Source: a virus
Taxonomy: Duplodnaviria > Caudoviricetes
IMG/VR virus record: IMGVR_UViG_3300031949_000063
Coordinates: 1-47,936 of that record
Reading direction: 5' to 3' (one strand)
DNA: 47,936 nt
A program made the translations under genes and the position numbers. The notes below the pieces were generated by a model. That model saw only the letters and a program-made list of their open reading frames with translations. It ran no database searches and had not been told where the DNA came from. Below, piece by piece: positions 18,770-27,565 of the stretch. Position 1 is the stretch's first letter. Each line of letters begins with the position of its first letter.

Positions 18770-20890
18770 ATGGCGTTTGCTCACGTACAAGGAAACTCCG
18801 GGTTTAACGCCGGGTCAGCCAATACGCTTGCCGTAGCCCGAACCGGTGTGACCGCAGGGAACTTAATTGTTGCATTTGTGACACATGAGGGCGCAACTAC
18901 AACTATATCCGTTTCAGATGGTACGACAACTTTCACTGCCGCCCCGAACAAGGGAAATATTTCGTCTGACTGTTGGGCGCAGTTTCATTATTTATTGGTG
19001 GCGAACGGTGGGGACAAGACGTACACGGTTACATTCGGCGCGAATAGGACGTACCGAAATCTAATTATAATGGAGTTTTCCTATTCCGGAACCGCCTCAT
19101 ACGATACCGGCAACAGCACCGCTGGCATTAGTTCTGGAAATGTCACCACGTCTGGATCGGATGCGCTTGGCGTTGGAGGAAGGACCGATTACGCTGGCGT
19201 AACCACTACCGACGAAAAAATAAACAACGTCGCGTCTACAGAACCAGCCTATTCCCCACCAACGGGCAGCATGGCGAGTGCCTGGTACAACATATTATCC
19301 GCAACGTTCACAAACGGGGCGGCCACAAATACATCAAACCTCTCTGGTGTTACGAACATCATTGTGTTCAAGGCGGCGGCGGCGGGGGGAACCACCTACA
19401 ACGAATCCCTGACCCTTGCTCTCGCCGCCGATATGGCTCGCGGCGGGCCGCTCACTGCCATCAATGCGCTGGTCCTTGCCTTGTCCGCCGATCTGACCAG
19501 AACGAGTATCCTCTCCGCGATCAACGCGCTGATCCTCGCCGTCGCTGCCGGTAAAAACCAGACCGGGAGTTTGACGTTCGAAGAAGCCGTGGAATTGGCG
19601 GTGCTGGTCGAGAAGGTCCGGTCCGTCAGCGCATCGCTTAACGAAGCAGAATCTTTTTCTGTAGGCGTTGGGCTGACTCGCACGAGCATCCTCTCGGCCG
19701 TGGCTGCGGCCATGTTCGGAATCGTGTCCGAACAAGGGCAGACGAGCACGGCGTCGATGGTCGAGGCGGTAATCCTCTCGATGTCTGCGGCGCAGGATCA
19801 GTCTGGCGGGGCATCGTTCGAGGAAGCCGTAGAACTCGCGGTGAGCGCGGCGAAGGTGCAGGGAGCAGCCGTGTCCATGAACCCCGGCGTTTCCTTCGGA
19901 CTGGTATCCGACCTTTCCCCGGGTGGGCAGTCTGACATCAACGCGGGAGCGTCTTTCGGAATGAACACCGGGCTGACGCTCTCAACGGTCCTTTCGATGG
20001 TCGAAGCCCATGCCTTCGGGATCGCCGTCGCCAAGGCCGTAACAGGCGGGGCGGATTTTAACGAGGCGGTCATCCTCACGATCAACGCTGCGGAAGCGCG
20101 GTCGGCGACGACCTCCATGAACGCCTCCATGTCTCTCGGAATCATGGCCGAGCAGAGCGACGGGACCGTCCTCTCGACGGACGCGGCGATCGCCCTGTCC
20201 CTCGCCGTGGCGATGCTGCAGGCGGGGAACACGGAAGTCGGTCCGCAGACCTACGACGAGGCGGTAGAGATAGCCACCGCGATGGGAATGTCGCTGACCT
20301 CCATCGGAACCTTCCACGAAGCCGTGACGCTGGCGACCGCGGCTGGCGTCGGTCAGACCGGGCAAACCGTCCTCGTCAACGCGCTCGTCCTTCAGGCGAC
20401 GGCGGCCATGACACAGAACTCCGTGGGAACTCTGCTGGCGTCCCTGCACATGGACGTCTCCATGGGAGAGGCGTTCGGGACGGCGCTCATCCTTCAGGCG
20501 TCCGCTCTCCTCGGCGTGTCTGCTGGTCTTGACTCCGCCGGAGGGTCCGAGTTCGACGAATCCGCGGCGCTCGGCGTGAGCGCGGGGATGGCCCAGGCCC
20601 TCGGGTACTTGGTGAACGCAGCCCTTACCCTGAACGTCCAGGTGTCGAAGACTCAGGCGACCGTCTTGACGGCGGAGGCGCAGGTCGCGTTCTCCATCGC
20701 GTGCTCGGAGATCGACGAACTCGAGGGCGCGATGACCCTCAACGTTTCGGTCGGGCTGTCGATCGTCGCCGGCATGCAGCGTTGGGGAATCGTCCCGCAG
20801 ATCGCCGCCGCGAAGCACCTCTACGACGCGCTCGCACGAAAGAGGGAGTACGACGCGCTCGCACGAAAGAGGGAGTACGACGACCAGTAG
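18770..20890 (+). CDS. Long fibre-associated protein: N-terminal beta domain plus about 23 x 20-aa repeats
   Basis: Lower-GC N-terminal ~200 aa, then strict 20-residue periodicity (e.g. FEEAVELAV recurs 80 aa apart). Confidence 0.75.
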   Translation: MAFAHVQGNSGFNAGSANTLAVARTGVTAGNLIVAFVTHEGATTTISVSDGTTTFTAAPNKGNISSDCWAQFHYLLVANGGDKTYTVTFGANRTYRNLIIMEFSYSGTASYDTGNSTAGISSGNVTTSGSDALGVGGRTDYAGVTTTDEKINNVASTEPAYSPPTGSMASAWYNILSATFTNGAATNTSNLSGVTNIIVFKAAAAGGTTYNESLTLALAADMARGGPLTAINALVLALSADLTRTSILSAINALILAVAAGKNQTGSLTFEEAVELAVLVEKVRSVSASLNEAESFSVGVGLTRTSILSAVAAAMFGIVSEQGQTSTASMVEAVILSMSAAQDQSGGASFEEAVELAVSAAKVQGAAVSMNPGVSFGLVSDLSPGGQSDINAGASFGMNTGLTLSTVLSMVEAHAFGIAVAKAVTGGADFNEAVILTINAAEARSATTSMNASMSLGIMAEQSDGTVLSTDAAIALSLAVAMLQAGNTEVGPQTYDEAVEIATAMGMSLTSIGTFHEAVTLATAAGVGQTGQTVLVNALVLQATAAMTQNSVGTLLASLHMDVSMGEAFGTALILQASALLGVSAGLDSAGGSEFDESAALGVSAGMAQALGYLVNAALTLNVQVSKTQATVLTAEAQVAFSIACSEIDELEGAMTLNVSVGLSIVAGMQRWGIVPQIAAAKHLYDALARKREYDALARKREYDDQ
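20822..20882 (+). repeat. Perfect 27-bp tandem duplication (YDALARKRE x2 plus partial)
   Basis: TACGACGCGCTCGCACGAAAGAGGGAG at 20822 and 20849, then TACGACG. Confidence 0.95.
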
Positions 20891-20899
20891 GAGGGGGCT

Positions 20900-21217
20900 A
20901 TGGCGCAAGAGGCACGGGAACCGAAACAACCGTCGGAGAAGGTCTGGTACACGATCAACTTCGACGCAAAGGAAGCGCTGATCGCCGGGGACAGTCTCGC
21001 CACGCTTCTCTCCCTGGTCTGCGTGCTGGATCCCGCCGGGACCGTTGTGACGGACACGGCGATCGAGCCGGCATCTCCGACGATCGTCGGAAACAAGGTC
21101 ACGTTCCTCGGCATCGGCGGGACGGACGGGCAGGCCTACAAGTACACGGCGAAGGTCAGGACGACGCTGCTCGAGGAGCTCGAGGAAGACCTGATCGTCC
21201 GAATTTTGGAGGGCTGA
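20900..21217 (+). CDS. Putative fibre-tail adaptor protein
   Basis: KQPSE...Y.I.F and GGTDG..YK...T motifs; small beta-rich protein after the fibre genes. Confidence 0.55.
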   Translation: MAQEAREPKQPSEKVWYTINFDAKEALIAGDSLATLLSLVCVLDPAGTVVTDTAIEPASPTIVGNKVTFLGIGGTDGQAYKYTAKVRTTLLEELEEDLIVRILEG

Positions 21218-21248
21218 CGTACGGAGCCCCGGTAAATAGTTTTTTACT

Positions 21249-21270
21249 AACGGCCCTTCGGGGCCGTTTT
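21249..21270 (+). terminator. Intrinsic terminator (UUCG loop)
   Basis: AACGGCCC-TTCG-GGGCCGTT-TT. Confidence 0.75.
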
Positions 21271-21285
21271 AATTCAGGAGATGCG

Positions 21286-21759
21286 ATGCGCTCCAATTTC
21301 CGCGACTGGCTGACGAACCTGCGAGAGGACGAAGGGTTCAAGTCGAACGACTCCCGCGACCCGGGGAAGCGCACGGTGTACGGAATCTCCGAGAAGTATC
21401 ACCCGGAGATGTTCAAGGATGGGAAGGAGCCGACGCTCGCGGACCTTCCAGACTTCTACCTGCGAGAGTACTGGATTCCGGGAGGGTGCGACAACCTCCC
21501 GTTCCCGTTGGACGTGAACCACGCGGACGCCTGCGTCAACCCGGGGATCGGAGCGGCGGCAAAGTTCCTCGAACAGTCCGGGGAACATAAGGACGTGCTG
21601 TGGCGCACCACGGAGTACGTCTTTCTGAGGCAGGAATACTACCTGGAGAGAATCCTAAAGAACCCAGCGATGTTGTACGCGCTTCGCGGGTGGATGCTCA
21701 GGACCATACGATATTGGAAACTAACCGTTGGAAACATGATCGACATGGAGGCCACATGA
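21286..21759 (+). CDS. Endolysin, glycoside hydrolase family 108-like
   Basis: EG..ND..DPG..T.YGIS, FY...YW, D..VN.G and RGW..R motifs; RBS AGGAG. Confidence 0.85.
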   Translation: MRSNFRDWLTNLREDEGFKSNDSRDPGKRTVYGISEKYHPEMFKDGKEPTLADLPDFYLREYWIPGGCDNLPFPLDVNHADACVNPGIGAAAKFLEQSGEHKDVLWRTTEYVFLRQEYYLERILKNPAMLYALRGWMLRTIRYWKLTVGNMIDMEAT

Positions 21760-22100
21760 AAAAGTTGATCGTTCTTCTCGCGCTGTTCGTTCTGGCTCCG
21801 GTGATCGTTCAGGCGTGGACGATTTCCTGGGATCCGGTCACAACGTACACAGACAACGCCGCGATCGAGCCGGCGAAGATGCCGGTGAAGTACGAAATCA
21901 AGAAGGACGGAGCGGTCCTGGTGACTGGAACAACGGCCACCTCGTTCGTGTTTTCTGACACGGGGCACGGGCTGGTTCGTTCCTTCACGGCAAAAGCGAC
22001 GTTGCAAACAGGAGAGGCATCGGCGGAGTCGCCTGCCTATTCGTGGACCGTCCCTTTGGGGGCACCCCGCAGCCCGGGCAATCTCCGGGTTGCTCCGTAG
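21756..22100 (+). CDS. Secreted fibronectin type III-like protein
   Basis: Signal peptide MKKLIVLLALFVLAPVIVQA, then ISWDPVT...Y...ES...P..P.NLRV. Confidence 0.7.
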   Translation: MKKLIVLLALFVLAPVIVQAWTISWDPVTTYTDNAAIEPAKMPVKYEIKKDGAVLVTGTTATSFVFSDTGHGLVRSFTAKATLQTGEASAESPAYSWTVPLGAPRSPGNLRVAP

Positions 22101-22129
22101 CGAACCGTTGAACTGAAAGGGGGAAGAAA

Positions 22130-22261
22130 ATGACCTGGTACATCGTTGGATTTCTGGTTCTCGTGGCGACGTTCGTGGTGGGGTTTTTCGTCGGAGGCAA
22201 GCACAAGGAGAGGGTGATGAAGGCCGCGTCGGTCATGAAGGACGCAGTCAACAAGTTGTAA
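22130..22261 (+). CDS. Small single-TM membrane protein (lysis region; not in the ORF track)
   Basis: RBS plus ATG; MTWYIVGFLVLVATFVVGFFVGGKHKE... Confidence 0.6.
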   Translation: MTWYIVGFLVLVATFVVGFFVGGKHKERVMKAASVMKDAVNKL

Positions 22262-22449
22262 TGTCCTGTCCTCGATGCAGTCGGGACGTTTCTCCGATGG
22301 AGGATGAGATCGTCCTCTACCACCTGAACGCGTTGATCGAGAACGTGAAGTTGCGCCCTCACAAGGAAGCCGAGGAAACAGACAAGGCTTGCGTGGCGAT
22401 CACGGCGTACATCCGAGGCCGGGAGCGGAGATACTGGGAGGTGAAGTGA
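22261..22449 (+). CDS. Hypothetical protein
   Basis: Coupled by a TAATG overlap; N-terminal CxxC. Confidence 0.5.
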   Translation: MSCPRCSRDVSPMEDEIVLYHLNALIENVKLRPHKEAEETDKACVAITAYIRGRERRYWEVK

Positions 22450-22516
22450 TGGACTTCCTCTTGCTGGTGGCGATCTTCGTGATCTTTCTCGGCGTGGCCG
22501 CATTCATCAATCGGAG

Positions 22517-22888
22517 GTGATGATGACTTCTTTTCGCGACCTGATCGACAAGGCTCTCAACTGGTCCGGGGGCGCGTACGTCGGCCTGTCCACCCTCGTC
22601 GTTAACGGGATGGCGATCGCCGAGTACGCTTCTGGGACTCCGATGGTCGTGTCCTTCCCCGACGGGCGGTCGCAGATGTTCATCACGCACGCCGCCCCGC
22701 AGTGGTACGTCGGCACGATCGGCATCTACACCGTGATCCTCGGGTTGTTCTGGGTGGGACGCCCGGTCAACACGTGGGTCAACGCGAAGGCCGCGGAGAA
22801 GGGGACGCCTCCGGCACCGGTCGTTCCCGAACCGATACCGGGAGGTGAAACGGTCCCCATTCCCGCCGCGCCGAAGCCGGTGGAATAG
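22517..22888 (+). CDS. Membrane protein, holin candidate
   Basis: Two hydrophobic segments; lysis-module context. Confidence 0.45.
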   Translation: MMMTSFRDLIDKALNWSGGAYVGLSTLVVNGMAIAEYASGTPMVVSFPDGRSQMFITHAAPQWYVGTIGIYTVILGLFWVGRPVNTWVNAKAAEKGTPPAPVVPEPIPGGETVPIPAAPKPVE

Positions 22889-22914
22889 GGCACCGAACGA
22901 ACAAGGAGGTATCG

Positions 22915-23220
22915 TTGATGATGAAAGTTATCGGAGGCATCCTGGCGATCTTGTCGCTGTTCGTCGTTCTTTGGAAGGCCGACAAGTACGTGGCCCACGC
23001 CGAAGAACTGCGCCTCGTTGAAATGAGGCTCGACCAGAAGATCGAGGGGGACCGCGCCAAGATCCTTCAGCAGCAGAATTGGGAACTCAAGAAAGAGTAC
23101 CGGGGGAGATCCATGCCCGTCGCGGTGGAGAAGGAGATCATGGACAACGCGGAGGAAATCGAAAACATAAAGGCGAAGTTGAATCCCGCGAGCACAAGGC
23201 CGAAGCCCGGTGCGAAATGA
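22915..23220 (+). CDS. N-terminal TM coiled-coil protein
   Basis: Strong RBS, TM helix and coiled coil. Confidence 0.55.
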   Translation: MMMKVIGGILAILSLFVVLWKADKYVAHAEELRLVEMRLDQKIEGDRAKILQQQNWELKKEYRGRSMPVAVEKEIMDNAEEIENIKAKLNPASTRPKPGAK

Positions 23221-23813
23221 AAGAAAGCGGAAAAGGGATCCCTGCCTGGGCTGTGAAATGGGGCCTGATTGCCCTGTGCGTTATTCTTGCGCTTGTCTAC
23301 TTCCGCTACGCCAAGGACTCCTGGAAGCCGTGGACGAACGAGCCTCGGCAGGCGACACAACCGAAGGAACCGAAGGAGATCCACACCATCGAAAGGATCC
23401 TCGTACCCGGGCCGGAAAGGGTGCGCGTCATTGAAAAGATAAAGTACGCCGACAAGATCCCGGGGGCGCTCACGCCCGCAACGATGCAGGACAACTCGGC
23501 CCACGTTATAGCCTCGGCCAAGATCCCGCCCTCCCCCGCGGGAGGAACCGCCTCGGCCATCCTGCGGACGGGTCCCGACGGGGTGGGAACAGGCAGCATC
23601 GAATGGAAGCCGGCCGACCCGCCGTTCTTCGCCATCCAGAAGGAGTTCGGAGTCAGGGGAGGGATGGGAACGGGGGGGCTGATCCTGGGCGAACTGTACG
23701 GACGCCCTGTTCGCCTGGGGCCCGTTACGGTAGAGATTCGAGCATTTGGAAAGCGTGACGATCGCTCCGGAGCTGATTTCGGGGCGGCGATCCTCGGAGA
23801 TATGAGGTTCTGA
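23217..23813 (+). CDS. Membrane-anchored protein (possible spanin-like)
   Basis: ATGA overlap; N-terminal TM; C-terminal amphipathic beta strands ending in Phe. Confidence 0.5.
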   Translation: MKESGKGIPAWAVKWGLIALCVILALVYFRYAKDSWKPWTNEPRQATQPKEPKEIHTIERILVPGPERVRVIEKIKYADKIPGALTPATMQDNSAHVIASAKIPPSPAGGTASAILRTGPDGVGTGSIEWKPADPPFFAIQKEFGVRGGMGTGGLILGELYGRPVRLGPVTVEIRAFGKRDDRSGADFGAAILGDMRF

Positions 23814-24170
23814 ATGGAAAACCCAATCGGACCCGGCCACCTTCGGATAGAGGACTTCGCTCGTTCGATGGAGGAGGCGACCAGCAAACTCGACGCGATC
23901 CTCCAAGGACAGAAGGACGCGAAGACGCGGATGGGCGATCTGGTCGCGGCCCTGAAAAACAAAAACGATTGGGACGAGTCGGTCCTCGCTCTGATGAACG
24001 CCATGGCTGAGCAGATTCTCGCCGTCGCGGGAGAGAGCACCGAGGCGATAGCCCTTGCCGACGCGGTCAGGGAAAAGGTTCAACTCGTCGAGAAGTTGCT
24101 CGCGGAAAAGACGTATCGTGCATTGCTGTCTCGGAGCGACAAAGAGAAGGGACGTGACGCGGATGACTGA
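23814..24170 (+). CDS. Hypothetical helical protein
   Basis: Abuts the upstream stop; codon usage consistent with neighbours. Confidence 0.55.
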   Translation: MENPIGPGHLRIEDFARSMEEATSKLDAILQGQKDAKTRMGDLVAALKNKNDWDESVLALMNAMAEQILAVAGESTEAIALADAVREKVQLVEKLLAEKTYRALLSRSDKEKGRDADD

Positions 24171-24534
24171 AGGCAGGTCTGTCTCTCGTCCTTATGATGG
24201 CCCCGAGCGGCGCAAACTCGTGCGCAGGGAGATGATCCTCAAGGAAGACGATATCAGCGTCATAAAAAGCATTATCGCGCAGACCTTCGAGGAGAGGTAC
24301 AAAGGGCATTGCCGATACGACATCGAGCCGGAGGACATGAAGGACCTGTTGGCGTTCGTCAGGGTGTTCCAGCGCGGAGCCATGGACATCAAGGGGGCGA
24401 CCCGATCCCTGCTGATCAAGAAGGTGATCCCCCGGGTGATCATAGGAACCCTCCTCACCATTCTGGCGGACTACCTGGGGCTGCTGAGGCCCGTCCTCAA
24501 CGTGGCTATGAAGGTGATGAGGGGGGGAGGGTGA
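24163..24534 (+). CDS. Membrane protein with YDGPERR motif (holin-like candidate)
   Basis: YDGPERRK N-terminus and a C-terminal TM segment. Confidence 0.5.
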   Translation: MTEGRSVSRPYDGPERRKLVRREMILKEDDISVIKSIIAQTFEERYKGHCRYDIEPEDMKDLLAFVRVFQRGAMDIKGATRSLLIKKVIPRVIIGTLLTILADYLGLLRPVLNVAMKVMRGGG

Positions 24535-24689
24535 TCGGCTGATCGTCCGTACCCCGCCCGTAGCGCAGGGCTGGCCGTGTGGGGCGAACGGCCCCTTAAA
24601 CGACCTCGGATAGGAAGGGTGGCCGGGGAGCCGGATTTCGCTCGAGGATGGCCTGTGGTGGAGCGGGGCGGTTTTGATCTAAGGTCGAA

Positions 24690-24860
24690 TCAGGCGGCCA
24701 GCGACACGCCAGAGACACGGTTTTCTGATATGCTCGCACGGTGAATCAATTACTTACGCCACGAAAAAGGCAATCCCCATGTGGATGAGCATGACATGAA
24801 AGAGGCAAATTCCCTTTAATTATCGCGGTGCACCACAACCCCAGGGACACGCGGGGGGCA
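24690..24860. other. Putative attP region
   Basis: Next to the integrase 3' end; IHF consensus AATCAATTACTTA (24744-24756); GACACG repeats at 24703, 24714 and 24846. Confidence 0.6.
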
Positions 24861-25976
24861 TGGCGCATAGTTCCTCATCGCCACGACCGGCGTGTTCCCG
24901 AGCGCCTCTGCTACCGCCTCCCCGATCGCCCGCTCCTTATCCCGCCGGATCCGCACCGCCAGAGAATGCCGGGTCCCCTCGTACAGCGGGGCGTCGACCC
25001 CGGCGATCCGGGCCGCCCGTTTCCAGGCGTCGGACAGAACGCCGACCGATACCGGGCGACCGTCCTTCCCGACGAACAGGAAGGCCCCCGGGAGCTTCCC
25101 TTTCCCTGCCGCCAGTAGATCCGCGAACAAGTGATCAGATACCCGCTTGAACTGAACCTTCCCCGCCTTCGTCTCCTTCACCTGCCCCCGGTCCCCGATG
25201 ACCTTGCAGACCACGATCCCGTCTTCCTGAACGTCCCCCGCCTGCAGCGCGACGGCCTCCCCGGGCCGGATCCCGGTTTCGATCAGGACGCGCAGGGCGA
25301 GCCGGTACCGCTCCGGGGCGGCGGCGACCACCTTGTCCTGCTCCGGCCGGGTTATCCACCGGACGATCCGGGTCGGCACCTTGACCTCCGGGAACGCGGG
25401 GACCCGCTCCAACTCCTCCCGGCGCTTCATCCAGTTCAGGAGCGTCCGCAGTGCGAACAGGACGGATTGGACGGTCTTCGGGCGGTAGGTCTTCAGCAGG
25501 CCCCGGTACAGGTCCTCGACCGCCCCCGCCCGGATCTCCCGCACGTCCACGTTTCCGATGCTGGCCTGAATGTGCCGTAGGAAGATTTCCTGATGGTCCG
25601 CGTAGGTCTTCGAGCGGGTTTCCCGGAGGTATTCGATCCACCGCCTCCCGGCATCCTCGAGCAGGAAGCCCCGGCGCATTCTTCGGGACCACCGGGTAGG
25701 GTCGAACGCCTTCGGATTTCGGTCGTAGTCGGCACGGATCGCCTCGAGGAGCCGGTGCGCGGCGGGGAAGGTTAGGAGCTGCTCCTGCTCGTCCGTGTAG
25801 ACCCGGCCCACGTTCCCCTTGCGATCACGGAACCCCCGGGCGTCCACGTAGACCGCCGGGGCGGATACGCCGCAAGCGGAACAGACGACGGCCACCTGGC
25901 GGCCCCTTGCGTACTCGTCGCGCCACTTACCGCCACAGCGATCGCACGTCTTCCTTGCACGGATGGACCCCCGCAT
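24816..25976 (-). CDS. int: Tyrosine integrase
   Basis: ETGIRPGE (catalytic Arg), TK, YEGTRHS, LGN, C-terminal Tyr; N-terminal CxxC..CxxC; likely start ATG at 25976. Confidence 0.88.
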   Translation of the reverse strand: MRGSIRARKTCDRCGGKWRDEYARGRQVAVVCSACGVSAPAVYVDARGFRDRKGNVGRVYTDEQEQLLTFPAAHRLLEAIRADYDRNPKAFDPTRWSRRMRRGFLLEDAGRRWIEYLRETRSKTYADHQEIFLRHIQASIGNVDVREIRAGAVEDLYRGLLKTYRPKTVQSVLFALRTLLNWMKRREELERVPAFPEVKVPTRIVRWITRPEQDKVVAAAPERYRLALRVLIETGIRPGEAVALQAGDVQEDGIVVCKVIGDRGQVKETKAGKVQFKRVSDHLFADLLAAGKGKLPGAFLFVGKDGRPVSVGVLSDAWKRAARIAGVDAPLYEGTRHSLAVRIRRDKERAIGEAVAEALGNTPVVAMRNYAPCPPRVPGVVVHRDN

Positions 25977-26124
25977 CGTCAACCCTCCCCAGGGTAGTGG
26001 GGAGGATACTACTTCACCGCCGCCCGCGAAGGCAACCTGGGGAGGATAGACCCCCACGGGCGACGGCGAAGGCTGGATCATCCGAACAGCTCCTCGCTGG
26101 CGCGGACTTCCCCGCGGCCGACCG

Positions 26125-26325
26125 TCACCATTGTTCCTCTACGCCGGTCCCATCGAGGAGCGTTTCGTCGATATACTCCACGTCTTTCTTCATCGTGAAG
26201 AAGTCCTCGTGTTTCATTTCCTTCGCTGTCGCCAACGCCGCCCCGAGGTCAACAGCTTCGATGGTCCTCTCCACCCACACCTCGAACCGCTTTTTGACGC
26301 GAAACTCCTTCAGTCCTTTTGCCAT
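26125..26325 (-). CDS. Hypothetical protein
   Basis: RBS AAGGAG before MAKGLKEF. Confidence 0.6.
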   Translation of the reverse strand: MAKGLKEFRVKKRFEVWVERTIEAVDLGAALATAKEMKHEDFFTMKKDVEYIDETLLDGTGVEEQW

Positions 26326-26386
26326 TGGTTTCTCCTTTTCTGCGTCACGCAATCCAGGGGTAGGGACAGGCCGGAGGCGATTCGGA

Positions 26387-26572
26387 TCACTTCTTTTTCC
26401 TCCGAAACTCCGCCGCCTTCGGACACGTGGCGAAGTGGCTCGTCCCGTCCGGGTTGACCGGCATCGGCTTCTCCTTTGGCTTGATCCAGTAGATCAACGC
26501 CTTGCAGCCACGGCACTCCGCAGGGTTCGCGGAGGGCGGGATCTCGAAGGTGAGCGGCGAGCGGTCAGGCAT
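26387..26572 (-). CDS. Small Zn-finger phage protein
   Basis: CRGC..IYW...MPVNPDG.SHFATCP.A..FR pattern. Confidence 0.65.
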   Translation of the reverse strand: MPDRSPLTFEIPPSANPAECRGCKALIYWIKPKEKPMPVNPDGTSHFATCPKAAEFRRKKK

Positions 26573-26954
26573 TGAGTCCCTCCATCATCGCGACATCCCC
26601 GTCAGCAGCCTTCTTCTCTTCGGCCACCCGTCGCTTGATGTACTCGACAATGCGCCGTTTCTCGTTCCAGATCAGGACCTCTATCGATTCCATGATGGGG
26701 CAGTTCTCGCAGTCCCACACGAACACCCACCCGCCGAACATCGCCCATCCAATCGAGTCATCAGGGGACTCGATGAACTTTTCGGGTTCTTTCTTTGCTC
26801 TCTCTTGAAACTCTTCCAGTTCCCCCTCTTCCCACTCGAGGGCGCGGATTCCGCCAGCGAAGTAGCACTTCCCGCAACTGCAGGTCTGGTAAAGAGAGCC
26901 AGCCGCACTCGTTATCACATCCCTGAACGTCTCGCTGACTGTCGGCTCACCCAT
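26565..26954 (-). CDS. Hypothetical Cys-containing protein
   Basis: Overlaps neighbouring genes within the early operon. Confidence 0.55.
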   Translation of the reverse strand: MGEPTVSETFRDVITSAAGSLYQTCSCGKCYFAGGIRALEWEEGELEEFQERAKKEPEKFIESPDDSIGWAMFGGWVFVWDCENCPIMESIEVLIWNEKRRIVEYIKRRVAEEKKAADGDVAMMEGLNA

Positions 26955-27138
26955 GCGTTATATGCCTCCTTTTCTGCTTCCCCGGGGGATGCCCCGTGTG
27001 GTAGCAGGGGCAATGTCGGCACTTGTACGGCCTCACGCCCCCGTCCGTCTTCCTCGCAGCGATCCACGCGGAGGACATCGTGGAGTGGCGGACCTTTCCC
27101 GAACACGACTTCGCGCGCAGGCGGCGCTTGGAGGCCAT
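26947..27138 (-). CDS. Small Zn-finger protein
   Basis: C.GK.RH...YKCRHC..YH.GH. Confidence 0.6.
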   Translation of the reverse strand: MASKRRLRAKSCSGKVRHSTMSSAWIAARKTDGGVRPYKCRHCPCYHTGHPPGKQKRRHITHG

Positions 27139-27344
27139 CAGGTGGTCGACTCCGGCTCACCGGCGAGGCCGCAGTAGCCCTTCCAACCTTCACCATCGGG
27201 AGTGCATGTATCCTCAATCCACCGCCACGCCATGCACTTGGAGGCGATGCAATTATATTTACCCTCATCGTCTGCGCGGACGACCGCCCCATATCCGCCG
27301 TCACAACAGGCCTTCCCCTCCGCTTCCTTCTCTGTGAGGATCAT
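27138..27344 (-). CDS. Small Cys-rich phage protein
   Basis: TEKEA..K.C, CIASKCMAWRW and GYCGLAG motifs. Confidence 0.65.
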   Translation of the reverse strand: MILTEKEAEGKACCDGGYGAVVRADDEGKYNCIASKCMAWRWIEDTCTPDGEGWKGYCGLAGEPESTT

Positions 27345-27565
27345 CTCTTCCTCCCGAGGATCCTTGCCGCCTCCGCTCCGCGGTCTTGGACCAGGTATTC
27401 CCCGTCGGCAAGGCCGAGCGCGGCCCTTGCCTTATTGATCCTCTCGGGCGTGGTCGGCAATCCGCCGATGAAGTTGATCTTGCAGAGCGAACAGACCGGC
27501 TCTCCCGTGACGGCGGAGAAAAGGTCATCCTTGCTTGGCGTCCCGCAGATTCCGCATTGATTCAT
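27341..27565 (-). CDS. Small Zn-finger protein
   Basis: CxxC...CxxC; translationally coupled to neighbours. Confidence 0.55.
   Translation of the reverse strand: MNQCGICGTPSKDDLFSAVTGEPVCSLCKINFIGGLPTTPERINKARAALGLADGEYLVQDRGAEAARILGRKR

Noticed and set aside
14913-20890. Diversity-generating retroelement or invertible tail-fibre cassette
   Set aside because: No reverse transcriptase, invertase, TR/VR pair or inverted crossover sites were seen.
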